Part shown: piece after piece, positions 39,613 through 49,403 of the stretch
Numbering within the stretch: the first letter of the stretch is position 1
How the letters are laid out: each line of letters starts with the position of its first letter
NCBI GenBank assembly: GCA_963664815.2
Contig: CAXXHB010000002.1
Coordinates: forward strand, 576,001-640,000
Length of the DNA: 64,000 nt
Direction: 5' to 3'
Origin: Spirochaetota bacterium
Lineage (GTDB): Bacteria > Spirochaetota > UBA4802 > UBA5550
Notes under the pieces: generated by a model
The model's database searches: none
What the model was told of the DNA's origin: nothing
What the model saw: the letters and a program-made list of their open reading frames with translations, nothing else
Made by a program: the position numbers and the translations under genes

Positions 39613-40833
39613 CTATTTCTGCGACATACCGGCTACTGCACCGGTGCTCCACGCAAACTGAAGGTTGAATCCTCCGCTGTCACCATCTATATCGAGAAGT
39701 TCGCCGGTTACAAAAAGGTTTTTCACAAGTTTTGATTCCATTGTTGAGGGATCGATTTCATCAACTGAAACTCCCCCGGCTGCAACTACGGCTTCGTCGA
39801 ATCCTCTTGGTTTCCCCGGTGTAATATGTAAATCTTTAAGTGCAGATGAAATTATCTCTTTATCATTTTGTGACAGAGTACCACACCTTTTATCAGGATC
39901 AATTCCGGCCATGGACAGGATAACATCCGGCATTCTTTCTTTGAGTATTCCAAGGAGAGAGAAAGAAAGCTTTTTATTCTTATCATTGAAAAGTATTTCA
40001 AGCATCTGATTAAGTTCATTATGGCTCAATGATGGAAAAAAATCCAATGATATGTCAGGTTTTTTCCCGGATAAGACCAGTTCATTAACACATCTTGATA
40101 CTTTTAGTGAAGCTGGGCCTGATATCCCATATGCTGTAAATAGGAGCTCATCGTATGATTCGGCCATACATTCTCTATTGTAATAAACCTTTACGCCGCA
40201 ATTCCATTTTATCCCCTGAAGTGTATGAATTGCTTTATGAGGGATGTTTAACGGAAGAATGGCCGGGAAGGGTTCATAAATTTTATGCCCAAGGCTTGCC
40301 GCGATGTCATAACCGGATCTGGAGGCGCCAGCTGCCGGGAAAGCCGGGCTTCCACATGCGAGGATAACTGAATCAAAAAGTTCTTCTTCCATGCCGTTAG
40401 TTATAAGTCTGAACTTTTTATTCTCGGGGATAATGGTTTCAATCTTCCTGTGAATACGTATATCAACTCCCCGGAGTGGGAGTTCATATTCAAATACTTT
40501 AGTCACGATTGATGCCTGGAGTGAAGCGGGGAAGAGTTTTCCATTCTCCTCCTCAGTAAAAGGAATCCCAACTGAGCTGAAAAAGCTGTTTGTTTCTTTA
40601 AATCCGAATCGTGAAAAAACAAAGTTCACAAATTCCGGATTATGGCCATGGTATCTGTCTTTTTTGATGTTTTTATTTGATATGTTACATCTGCCATTGC
40701 CAGTTACAAGAATTTTCCGGCCGATTTTTTTCTGTTTTTCAAAGAGAGTTACATTATGTCGTTCAGATGCAAAATATGCCGCCATCAGTCCTGAAGCGCC
40801 CCCTCCGATAATTGCTGTTTTTTTTTCTTTCAT
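39613..40833 (-). CDS. HI0933/BaiN-family flavoprotein
   Basis: IIGGGASGL, GRKILVTGNGRCN, ELLFT.YG.SGP, AGGV, GGFNLQFAWSTG. Confidence 0.9.
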   Translation of the reverse strand: MKEKKTAIIGGGASGLMAAYFASERHNVTLFEKQKKIGRKILVTGNGRCNISNKNIKKDRYHGHNPEFVNFVFSRFGFKETNSFFSSVGIPFTEEENGKLFPASLQASIVTKVFEYELPLRGVDIRIHRKIETIIPENKKFRLITNGMEEELFDSVILACGSPAFPAAGASRSGYDIAASLGHKIYEPFPAILPLNIPHKAIHTLQGIKWNCGVKVYYNRECMAESYDELLFTAYGISGPASLKVSRCVNELVLSGKKPDISLDFFPSLSHNELNQMLEILFNDKNKKLSFSLLGILKERMPDVILSMAGIDPDKRCGTLSQNDKEIISSALKDLHITPGKPRGFDEAVVAAGGVSVDEIDPSTMESKLVKNLFVTGELLDIDGDSGGFNLQFAWSTGAVAGMSQK

Positions 40834-40845
40834 TATTATATGGAT

Positions 40846-41394
40846 TTAATCAGTTTTTTTTAAGGCTTGCCAGTTATCCTGGGTACCTGTATACCTGTAG
40901 TAACCTTTTATTGTTTTTTTATCAGATGTAAAAATTCCGTAAAAATCCTGTTCAAAATAAGCTGTTCCCCCATACTTGACAAGATCTTCTTTTGTTTTAA
41001 TAATTCTTTTAAAATATATTTTCTCATCTGTGACTTTTAAATTAACAAGTGGCTGGGGAGTGCCATTACCCCAGTTAAAAAACTTTATTGTCCCGTAAAA
41101 CTTTCCGTCTGTGATTCCAATGAATAATTCTCCCTTGAATCCGGACATTGACAGATCGAAGTTCCCGACATGGTGTTCCATATCATTAATACCGCTTTCA
41201 TTAACATTGTTGCCTGGTAAAATAGTTTCTTTTTCTTCAGTAGCTGAACTATTATCTTTTTCTTCGGTTGATTTAATATTCTCTTTGATAATGGAGATAC
41301 TCTCGTTTTTTACAGATTTAGTGCAGGCTGAAATTAAAAAAATAATCATAATTATTGAAAGAAGATAGTTTTTATTATTCATATTTTTATCCAT
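40846..41394 (-). CDS. Putative lipoprotein of unknown function
   Basis: Lipobox-like LISAC, low-complexity linker, beta-rich domain. Confidence 0.65.
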   Translation of the reverse strand: MDKNMNNKNYLLSIIMIIFLISACTKSVKNESISIIKENIKSTEEKDNSSATEEKETILPGNNVNESGINDMEHHVGNFDLSMSGFKGELFIGITDGKFYGTIKFFNWGNGTPQPLVNLKVTDEKIYFKRIIKTKEDLVKYGGTAYFEQDFYGIFTSDKKTIKGYYRYTGTQDNWQALKKTD

Positions 41395-41533
41395 TGTTTA
41401 AATAATGTGGAGTGATATATTATTATCGGATTTGATCATCGTTAATTATACCTGAAATAAACATATAATATAATACAGTAATTGAATATAATGTGGTTAA
41501 ACTGCTAAGTCCAATGAAATTAAAAAAGAGTAC

Positions 41534-43330
41534 TTAAAGAGAAACAATAAGTACAGTAAGGTCATCAAGAAGATCCTGATTTGGATAAATTTCCCGGATT
41601 TTATTTCTCATAATATTAAGCATCATTTCTGGTGTTTCATCAATATTTTCCTTAATAATGACGGACAGGTTTGAAAATCCGATATCGATATCAAGCAAAT
41701 CCCCTCCAAGAGATTCAACCAGACCATCAGTAAAAAGGAAGAGAACATCCCCTTTTTCGTAAATAACAGTTTTTTCAGAATAAACAGATGAAGCAGCAAT
41801 TCCCAGAGGTTTTCCTTCAACCTGAAGCTTTACTATTTCAAGATTTTTTTTACGTAGCAGAATCTGATCATCATGTCCGGCGGAGCCAAATGTAATTATT
41901 TTAGATTCAGTATCTATCAATGCGTAGAATACTGTGACAAACATTCCATATTCAGATTCCTGGTGTATTGAAACATTTGAACTCTGGAAAAGACCGGCAG
42001 GTCTGAAGTTATTTTTTGTTCCGAATTTTAAAATATTTTTAACTGTGCCGGTAAAAAGTGCCGCAGGTATCCCTTTACCTGAAACATCTGCAATTATTAT
42101 ACCGCAGTTAAGTTCATCCATTGCATAGAAATCAAAAAAATCACCCCCCACCTGTTTTGCCGGTTCATATAACGCCGTTACTTTTATTCCATTGAAATCA
42201 GATGGAATCTTTACAAGGTTTTTTCTCTGGATTTCAGATGCTATTTCGAGTTCCTGCTTTAGTTTTTTACGTCTGTCTTCATTACGTCTGTCGGCAAAGG
42301 TTTTATAAACTCCGGTCATATGGCTGATGATTGAAGAGAGAACATTAAGTTCAAAATCGTCAAATAGTCTTCTGTTTTTTTTATCTGTGAGATTGAGTAC
42401 TCCGACAACGCGATTGTTATAATACAAAGGAACAGATACGAAGGCATTTGATTTGTACCCGCTTTTTTTCATGCAGTATTCAGGGAGATCTTTTTTTACA
42501 TTACTTACATTTACCATTTTCCCGGTTTTGAAAACATGAGCTGCTATTGAATCATCAGGAACAACCGAACCGGGAGTGATGCTTGAGCCGTGAACTGCAA
42601 TTACTTCAAGTCTGTTCCGTTCAGGGATAAAAAGAATCAGAGAAGCTCTTTCCACATTTAAAGATTCAGCAAGAGTGTGAATTACATTCATGAAAAAATC
42701 CATTTCATTATCAACCAGTGATACTGATCGGGAGAGTTCATACAGGGCGTTAAGTTCTTCAACGCGTTTTTTCAGGTCATCATATAAAAGCCGGTTTGTA
42801 ATTGATGAAGCAGATATCATTGCGATAACTTCAATAAGCCGGAGATCAAGAGGGGAAAAATGATCAGATACTGATTTATTTGCTATTTCCAGGACTCCTA
42901 CAAATTCATTTCTTGCCATCAGCGGGGTACAAAGAATATTTTTAATAGCCAATCCTGTGTCAAGATCGATCCCCTGGTAGAAGTGTTCATTTGAATCAAC
43001 ATCATTTTCAATTATGGATCTTTGGTCGTTAAAAACAGTCCAGGCAAACCCTGAGTTTTCCGGTATACTTATTCCCAGACTTTTTTTTAAATTTTCATCA
43101 GTAGTCGATTTGAATATAAGTTTATTATCTTCCTGATTATAAATAAGCAGAGAGGCTGTTTCAGCTTCAAGTATATCTTTTGATATATTTACAATAGAGG
43201 CGTAAAGCTCATCCAGTCCTTTCGCTGGAGAGATTTCTTCTGTAATTCTGAAGAAAACAGAAATGTCAATCAATGTGTCATTCTGCAATCGGATTTTCTC
43301 CTCTTTATCAGAATATCGGTTTATAATCAA
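41534..43330 (-). CDS. GAF-GAF-PP2C/SpoIIE phosphatase (RsbU/RsbP-like)
   Basis: Two GAF domains (LCTPL...GVLEIANK; VSVPL...GVLNLTDK); intact GGDFFD, IADVSGKG, FTDGL, DDLT. Confidence 0.9.
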   Translation of the reverse strand: MIINRYSDKEEKIRLQNDTLIDISVFFRITEEISPAKGLDELYASIVNISKDILEAETASLLIYNQEDNKLIFKSTTDENLKKSLGISIPENSGFAWTVFNDQRSIIENDVDSNEHFYQGIDLDTGLAIKNILCTPLMARNEFVGVLEIANKSVSDHFSPLDLRLIEVIAMISASSITNRLLYDDLKKRVEELNALYELSRSVSLVDNEMDFFMNVIHTLAESLNVERASLILFIPERNRLEVIAVHGSSITPGSVVPDDSIAAHVFKTGKMVNVSNVKKDLPEYCMKKSGYKSNAFVSVPLYYNNRVVGVLNLTDKKNRRLFDDFELNVLSSIISHMTGVYKTFADRRNEDRRKKLKQELEIASEIQRKNLVKIPSDFNGIKVTALYEPAKQVGGDFFDFYAMDELNCGIIIADVSGKGIPAALFTGTVKNILKFGTKNNFRPAGLFQSSNVSIHQESEYGMFVTVFYALIDTESKIITFGSAGHDDQILLRKKNLEIVKLQVEGKPLGIAASSVYSEKTVIYEKGDVLFLFTDGLVESLGGDLLDIDIGFSNLSVIIKENIDETPEMMLNIMRNKIREIYPNQDLLDDLTVLIVSL

Positions 43331-44258
43331 ATTGATGTATGGCGTTTATAAACCGGATAGTATGAGTCTGCTGTCTTATTGCCAGAGAGTTTGTTTTTGC
43401 GCCGCCCGGGAAAAACTGCACTCCGGGAAGCAACACACCATCGGTGACTCCTGTTATTGAAATCAGAATATCGTCAGTCCTGACCAGATCTTTAACTCTG
43501 TATATTTTATCGGCATTACCTCTGCCAAGGTTTTCTGCTATTGACTTTTCAAAATAATCGTTATAATAAAACTTTGCCTGCATATCTCCACCGAGGCATT
43601 TTAATCCTGCCGCTGAGATTACAGCTTCTTTTGCGCCGCCTATGCCCATAAATATATCAATGGATGTATTTTCTACGGCTGTGGAAATTACTCCTGAAAT
43701 ATCACCATCAGTGATAAACTTGATTCTTGCACCGCATTTCCGGATCTCTTCAACCATAGGAAAGTTTACTTCTCTTTCAAGAACACAAACAGTTATATCT
43801 TCAATATATTTTCCCTTGGCACGTGCGACTCTTTTAATATTTATATCGGGGGGCTGATTAATGTCTACAACACCTTTGGCATCAGGTCCGACGGCAATTT
43901 TATGCATCAGGTTGGGCGGCATTTTCATGAATGCGTTTCTTCCGCCGATTGCTATTACTGCAATAGCGTTGTGACCTCCGGTAGCGCATGTTCTTTTTCC
44001 CTCCAGAGGTTTTACTGCGATGTCAACCTTCATCTTTTCTCCTGCGCCCACTTTTCTGCCGTCATACAGGTAAAGTTCTTTATTTGAGGCGCCAATTGCA
44101 ATTTCACCGTCAATGTCCATTGTTTCCAGAACTTTCCACATTGCCTCATCGGAAGAACGATAGCATAGATCATCATCTCCTTTGCCCATGTGCCTGCTGG
44201 CGTACAGAGCAGCAAGCTCGGTAAGTCTCGTGGCCTCAAGAGTGAGATTTCTATTCAT
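43308..44258 (-). CDS. glpX: Class II fructose-1,6-bisphosphatase (GlpX) homologue with many catalytic residues substituted
   Basis: Colinear with GlpX (RNLTLE..R.TE.AAL, DIAV.PLEG, DGDISG, GIGGA.E, TGVTDG.LL.GV) but has VKPLEGK instead of VDPxEGT and lacks GEGExDEAP. Confidence 0.75.
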   Translation of the reverse strand: MNRNLTLEATRLTELAALYASRHMGKGDDDLCYRSSDEAMWKVLETMDIDGEIAIGASNKELYLYDGRKVGAGEKMKVDIAVKPLEGKRTCATGGHNAIAVIAIGGRNAFMKMPPNLMHKIAVGPDAKGVVDINQPPDINIKRVARAKGKYIEDITVCVLEREVNFPMVEEIRKCGARIKFITDGDISGVISTAVENTSIDIFMGIGGAKEAVISAAGLKCLGGDMQAKFYYNDYFEKSIAENLGRGNADKIYRVKDLVRTDDILISITGVTDGVLLPGVQFFPGGAKTNSLAIRQQTHTIRFINAIHQFDYKPIF

Positions 44259-44509
44259 AAATCCTCCGGGTTTCTTTCCAGGTAATTTAATTTAGCGTAC
44301 GAATTGACATTATGTTGCAGATGTGAGTTCTTTTCAACACATTTTCAGATCTGAGTATTTACAATATTGTTATAATCGGTTTTTATAAAAGGTTTACCAG
44401 TCATTGATTTTTTTATGAAATATGTTCTTTTTAAATATTGTAAAGGGATATTTCCAACAAATGAAACAGGACATCTGAATGCATTTTATAAAAAATGTTA
44501 AGATTTTTA

Positions 44510-44538
44510 TTGACTGGATTTATGTCTCATTGTATAAT
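44510..44538 (+). promoter_or_regulatory. Near-consensus sigma70 promoter
   Basis: TTGACT (44510-44515), 17 nt, TATAAT (44533-44538). Confidence 0.7.
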
Positions 44539-44568
44539 TATGCGATATAAAATATCCGGAGAAACCCT

Positions 44569-46797
44569 GTGAAAAAAACAATTATGATTATTGGCGGAGG
44601 GCTGCTTCAGGCTCCTGTTATTACAACAGCAAAGAAAATGGGGTATCAGGTAATCGTTACTGATTATAATCCTGATGCCATAGGGATGAAGGATGCTGAT
44701 ATACCGATTGTAATGAGTACAAGAGATGTTCAGGGTTCAGTGAGAATAGCGAAAAAGCAGAATGAGATTACTCCAATAAGCGGAGTATTGACAGTTGGTA
44801 CGGATGCTTCGATGACTGTCGCGGCGGTGGCAAATGCTCTGAATCTTCCAGGGATAAAATTTGATGATGCTGAGGCGGCGACAAACAAGCTCAAGATGAG
44901 AATGAGATTTAAGGAGCATAATATTCCTTCACCGGCATTTCTCCCGGTATGGACACTGGCGGATGCTAAAAAAGGATGCAAGATACTGGGATATCCGGTT
45001 GTAATGAAACCTTCAGATAATATGGGAGCCAGGGGTGTGATGAGGCTGGATAATGCCAATCAGGTTGCCGATGCTTTTAAATTTGCAAAAAGTGCTTCAC
45101 CTAGCGGAGAACTGATTATTGAACAGTTTATGGAGGGTCCGGAGCTTTCAATAGATGCGATAGTATTTAATGGAGAGATAACAATCACTGGTGTGGCTGA
45201 CCGGATAATAGAGTACCCTCCGAACTTTGTGGAAACCGGTCATACGATGCCATCCCACCTTAATCTTGAGATGCTGGAAGACGCCTGCGATGTCATGAGG
45301 CGCGGAGTTAAAGCGCTGGGAATTACTACAGGCGCAGCCAAGGGAGATATAAAAGTTACAAAGAGCGGGGCAATGATAGGCGAGATCGCAGCGAGGCTTT
45401 CAGGCGGATTTATGTCAGCCTATACATATCCTCTTTCCAGCGGAGTTGATTTGATGAAGGCGATGATTGAGGTTTCTATTGGCCAGGAGCCGGGAAACCT
45501 TGAACCTCTGTTTAACAGAGTGGCTATCGAGAGGGCAATTATATGCAAGCCCGGAATAATAAAGAAAATTTCCGGGCTTGAAGAGGCTCTGAAAGTACCG
45601 GGAATTGAGGAGATATTCCTCAACATAAAAGAAGGAGACAGGGTTATAAAACCTACATCAAATGTTGAGAAATCGGGAAACATTATAGCGGTTGGTGAGA
45701 ATCTGCAGCAGGCGGAAGCAGCCGTGAAAAGGTGCATGGAGTTGCTTAAAATAGAGACGTCTGCTGAAATTGAAGTTTCGATGAAGTCAATAAATGATTC
45801 AGCGAGGGAAAAGTTTAAGAAAATATGTTATGTATGCAGTATTTGTGACGGATATAACTGTGCTTCCGGAGTGCCTGGTATGGGAGGTACCGGCACAGGT
45901 GAATCTTTCAGGAGAAATTCTGATGCACTTAAAAGTTTCAAAGTTATTACAACACTTATACATGATGAAATTATACCTGATCCTTCAACTGAACTTTTCG
46001 GGAACAAAATATCTTTTCCAGTTATGGCCGCTCCAATTACAGGCTCGGTGACAAATATGGGTGGAGCGATTGAGGAGATTGATTATAATATAGCAGTGGT
46101 AAGAGGATGTAAAACGGCCGGTACAATAGCGTTTGTCGGAGATGGAGCTACTCCTGATAAATATAAAATCGGACTTGATGTTATCAGAAATGAGAAGGGT
46201 CTCGGTATTCCGATATTTAAACCGAGAAAAGATAATGAAGAGATTATAAAAAGATTTAAAGCTGCCGAAGAAGCAGGAGCCATTGCAGCAGGTATTGATA
46301 TTGATGCTGTAGTGTTTAAAACTATGGCGATGAAAAATCAGGAGGTTGCTGCGAAAAGTATCAGTGAGCTTAAGGAGATAAAGGCATCAACGTCTCTTCC
46401 TTTGATACTTAAAGGGATTATGAACCCGAGAGATGCTGAGATGGCGTGCAAGGCTGGTGCGGGAGCGATTATAGTTTCTAATCACGGAGGGAGGGTATTG
46501 GATGAGATGCCTGGATCAATGGATGTCCTTGAGGAGATAGTGAAAGCTGTTGGTGAATCTGTTATCATAATGATTGATGGCGGGTTTCGCGATGGTGTGG
46601 ATGTATTCAAGGCCATTGCGATGGGGGCGAAATATGTTCTTATCGGAAGACCTGTTGCAATAGCAGCGGTAGGAATGGGTGTTGATGGGACAGCATTTTA
46701 TCTCAATAAAGTTAAAGATGAATTTATAAAGACAATGGTACTCGCCGGATGCAGGAATATTAATGATATTAAAATGGATCTGATCCGGAAAATTTAA
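44569..46797 (+). CDS. Fusion of an ATP-grasp ligase (L-amino-acid-ligase-like) and a Cys-motif FMN-dependent alpha-hydroxy-acid dehydrogenase
   Basis: KPSDNMGARGV, EQFMEGPELS, EIAARLSGG; then CYVCSICDGYNC..GVPGMGG, APIT, LKGI, SNHGGR, DGGFRDG, IGRP. Confidence 0.85.
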   Translation: MKKTIMIIGGGLLQAPVITTAKKMGYQVIVTDYNPDAIGMKDADIPIVMSTRDVQGSVRIAKKQNEITPISGVLTVGTDASMTVAAVANALNLPGIKFDDAEAATNKLKMRMRFKEHNIPSPAFLPVWTLADAKKGCKILGYPVVMKPSDNMGARGVMRLDNANQVADAFKFAKSASPSGELIIEQFMEGPELSIDAIVFNGEITITGVADRIIEYPPNFVETGHTMPSHLNLEMLEDACDVMRRGVKALGITTGAAKGDIKVTKSGAMIGEIAARLSGGFMSAYTYPLSSGVDLMKAMIEVSIGQEPGNLEPLFNRVAIERAIICKPGIIKKISGLEEALKVPGIEEIFLNIKEGDRVIKPTSNVEKSGNIIAVGENLQQAEAAVKRCMELLKIETSAEIEVSMKSINDSAREKFKKICYVCSICDGYNCASGVPGMGGTGTGESFRRNSDALKSFKVITTLIHDEIIPDPSTELFGNKISFPVMAAPITGSVTNMGGAIEEIDYNIAVVRGCKTAGTIAFVGDGATPDKYKIGLDVIRNEKGLGIPIFKPRKDNEEIIKRFKAAEEAGAIAAGIDIDAVVFKTMAMKNQEVAAKSISELKEIKASTSLPLILKGIMNPRDAEMACKAGAGAIIVSNHGGRVLDEMPGSMDVLEEIVKAVGESVIIMIDGGFRDGVDVFKAIAMGAKYVLIGRPVAIAAVGMGVDGTAFYLNKVKDEFIKTMVLAGCRNINDIKMDLIRKI

Positions 46798-46984
46798 GAA
46801 GAAACATAACTGATTCGTCATTGATTACAGATGTAGTAACATTTCTATAATCAGCCTCCATGTCCGGAGGCCGATATCAGCAGTCGTGACAAAAGAATAA
46901 TTTAATAATACTGATTTTATTCTGCTCAATTTGTGGCGATACCTGCACAGAAATTATGGCCGTTTGAGAAAAAGCATTAATTTT

Positions 46985-47776
46985 TCATTTAGCTTTAAAC
47001 TCAGGAGTTCTTTTATCAATAAATGCAGCCATCCCCTCTTTCTGATCTTCAGTGGCGAAACATTGGGCAAACATCTGGTTTTCAAAGGCTATTCCGGTTT
47101 CAATATCTGTTTCAATGCCCCTGTTTATTGCCATCTTGGAATACCTTACCGCTATCTGCGCTTTTGAAGCTATAATTTTTGCCATTTCCATTGAAGCAGC
47201 CATGAGCTGTTCAGCGGGAACAACTTTGTTTACAAGCCCTATCTTTTCGGCTTCAGATGCCGAAATAATACCCGCTGTATAGATAAGTTCTCTTGCTTTT
47301 GCAACTCCAGTAAGTCTGGAGAGTCTGATGCATCCTGAGAAACCGGGGGTTATACCCAGACCGGTTTCCGGCTGACCGAACTTCGCATTTTCAGAAGCAA
47401 TTCTGATATCGCATGACATTGCAAGCTCACATCCGCCACCAAGAGCGAATCCATTTACTGCAGCTATTGACGGGATTTTAAGTTTTTCAATATTCCTGAA
47501 AACATCAGCTCCCAGTTCACCGTATTTAAGACCATTTATACTGTTAAAATTTTTCATTTCATTGATATCAGCTCCGGCAACAAAAGCCTTCCCTTCCCCT
47601 GTAATTATCAGTATATGAATACCTTCATCTTTTGAAATCATATCCACGGCGCTTCTGAGCTCAAGAAGAAGCTCAGTGTTCAGGGCATTAAGGGCTTTAG
47701 GTCTTGAAAGAGTAAGTATTGCTATTTGTCCATCTTTCTGAAATTTAAGATTGTCATAGTTTATTTCATTTGTCAT
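46985..47776 (-). CDS. crt: Enoyl-CoA hydratase (crotonase)
   Basis: RPKALNALN, AFVAGADI, GFALGGGCEL, FGQPETGLGITPG; AAGGAG RBS before Met at 47776. Confidence 0.88.
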   Translation of the reverse strand: MTNEINYDNLKFQKDGQIAILTLSRPKALNALNTELLLELRSAVDMISKDEGIHILIITGEGKAFVAGADINEMKNFNSINGLKYGELGADVFRNIEKLKIPSIAAVNGFALGGGCELAMSCDIRIASENAKFGQPETGLGITPGFSGCIRLSRLTGVAKARELIYTAGIISASEAEKIGLVNKVVPAEQLMAASMEMAKIIASKAQIAVRYSKMAINRGIETDIETGIAFENQMFAQCFATEDQKEGMAAFIDKRTPEFKAK

Positions 47777-47791
47777 ATTCATCTCCTTATA

Positions 47792-47817
47792 AATAACCCC
47801 GCTGTTGCGGGGGTATT
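47792..47817. other. GC-rich hairpin between acyl-CoA dehydrogenase and crotonase genes
   Basis: ACCCCGC-TGTT-GCGGGGT stem. Confidence 0.5.
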
Positions 47818-47900
47818 CTTTCATATGATAGAAATTAATATAGAAAGCATTCGACTTTATAACAGTATAATATCAGCAGATCTTTCTATAAATAATGAAC

Positions 47901-49064
47901 TTATTCAGCATATTCCGCTAGTACATTTGTTGCAATAACAAGTCTCTGAATCTCTGAAGTGCCTTCATATATCTCTGTTATACGCGCATCTCTGTAAAGT
48001 CTTTCGGCGATATAGTCTTTTACATAGCCATAACCGCCATGAATCTGAATGCATTTATGAGCACATCTGTGGGCACATTCTGATGCATAGAGTTTTGCCA
48101 TTGCTGAATATTTTCCTACCGGACGACGGTTTTTGCCGTTTTTCGAGCAGAGATAAGCAGCCTGATAAACCAGAAGCCTTGCAGCTTCAATCTCAGTTGC
48201 CATATCAGCAAGCATCCATTGAATGGCCTGCAGTTTGCCGATCGGCGCTCCGAACTGCTCTCTGAGATTCGCATATTTTGCGCCTTCTTCAAGTGCGGCC
48301 TGCGCTATTCCGAGAGCCTGAGCTGCGATACCAACTCGACCTCCGTCAAGGGTATGCATTGCTATCTTAAATCCATCTCCAGGTTCTCCAAGCATTCTGC
48401 CGTCCGGAATTTTACAGTCTTCATAAATCATTTCTGTAGTGGAAGAGGCACATATACCGAGTTTATCCTCAACTTTTCCGACCGAGAATCCCGGATCGCC
48501 TTTTTCAATAATGAAGAAAGAGGTGTTTTTATTTTTCGGTGCGTTTTTATCAGTTACAGCGAGTGTAACATGAACATCTGCGTATTGCCCGTTTGTAATA
48601 AAATTCTTGCTGCCGTTAACAATGTAGCCGTCACCGTTTTTTACGGCGGTTGTTTTGGTTCCACCTGAATCAGATCCTGCGCTTGGTTCTGTTAGTCCGA
48701 AAGCGCCGATATGTTCACCTGTGCAGAGTTTTGGAAGATATTTTTTCTTCTGTTCGTCCGTACCGAAGTAGTAAATTGGAGAGAGGCAAAGTGAGTTATG
48801 TGCTGATACAATAACTCCTGATGATGCACATACCCTCGAAATTTCTTCAACAGCAATTGCGTATGAAACATAATCCATTCCTGCACCGTTATATTCTTCG
48901 GGATAAACCACACCCATTATTCCAAGTTCTCCCAGTTTCCTTGTTGTTTCAAGAGGAAATTTATGTGATTTGTCGATCTCGACAGCCTGTTCTCTTAATT
49001 CCTTTTCTGCGAAACCTCGGCACATATCCCGCACCATCAATTGCTCTTCAGATAATTCAAACAT
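47901..49064 (-). CDS. Short-chain (butyryl) acyl-CoA dehydrogenase
   Basis: GLTEPSAGSD, GSKNFITNG, GRVGIAAQ, QIHGGYGY, IYEGTSEIQR. Confidence 0.95.
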   Translation of the reverse strand: MFELSEEQLMVRDMCRGFAEKELREQAVEIDKSHKFPLETTRKLGELGIMGVVYPEEYNGAGMDYVSYAIAVEEISRVCASSGVIVSAHNSLCLSPIYYFGTDEQKKKYLPKLCTGEHIGAFGLTEPSAGSDSGGTKTTAVKNGDGYIVNGSKNFITNGQYADVHVTLAVTDKNAPKNKNTSFFIIEKGDPGFSVGKVEDKLGICASSTTEMIYEDCKIPDGRMLGEPGDGFKIAMHTLDGGRVGIAAQALGIAQAALEEGAKYANLREQFGAPIGKLQAIQWMLADMATEIEAARLLVYQAAYLCSKNGKNRRPVGKYSAMAKLYASECAHRCAHKCIQIHGGYGYVKDYIAERLYRDARITEIYEGTSEIQRLVIATNVLAEYAE

Positions 49065-49403
49065 AATACTCTCCTGGTTTTACAAGAATTTTAAAATAGA
49101 AAAATTAGTATATTGTTATAAATTTATTAGAATAAATACAATAGACGTATCGTGTAGTTAACTGTAGTTGAAATCACTATTTTAATGTAGTAAATATATG
49201 TCAAAATAATGACTCTGTGGTGGTTTTAAGACTTGTTATTATAGAATTTTGGTTAATTATATTAAGATGATGGAGCGTTTTTACAAAGATCCGGAGTGTG
49301 AAGTTTTATTTATTGACTGTAACAGAATATGGACATCTAACAAGATCGTTATTGATCGATATCAGCAATAAAACTCTACTCATGGAAAAGGAAATAAAAG
49401 AAA

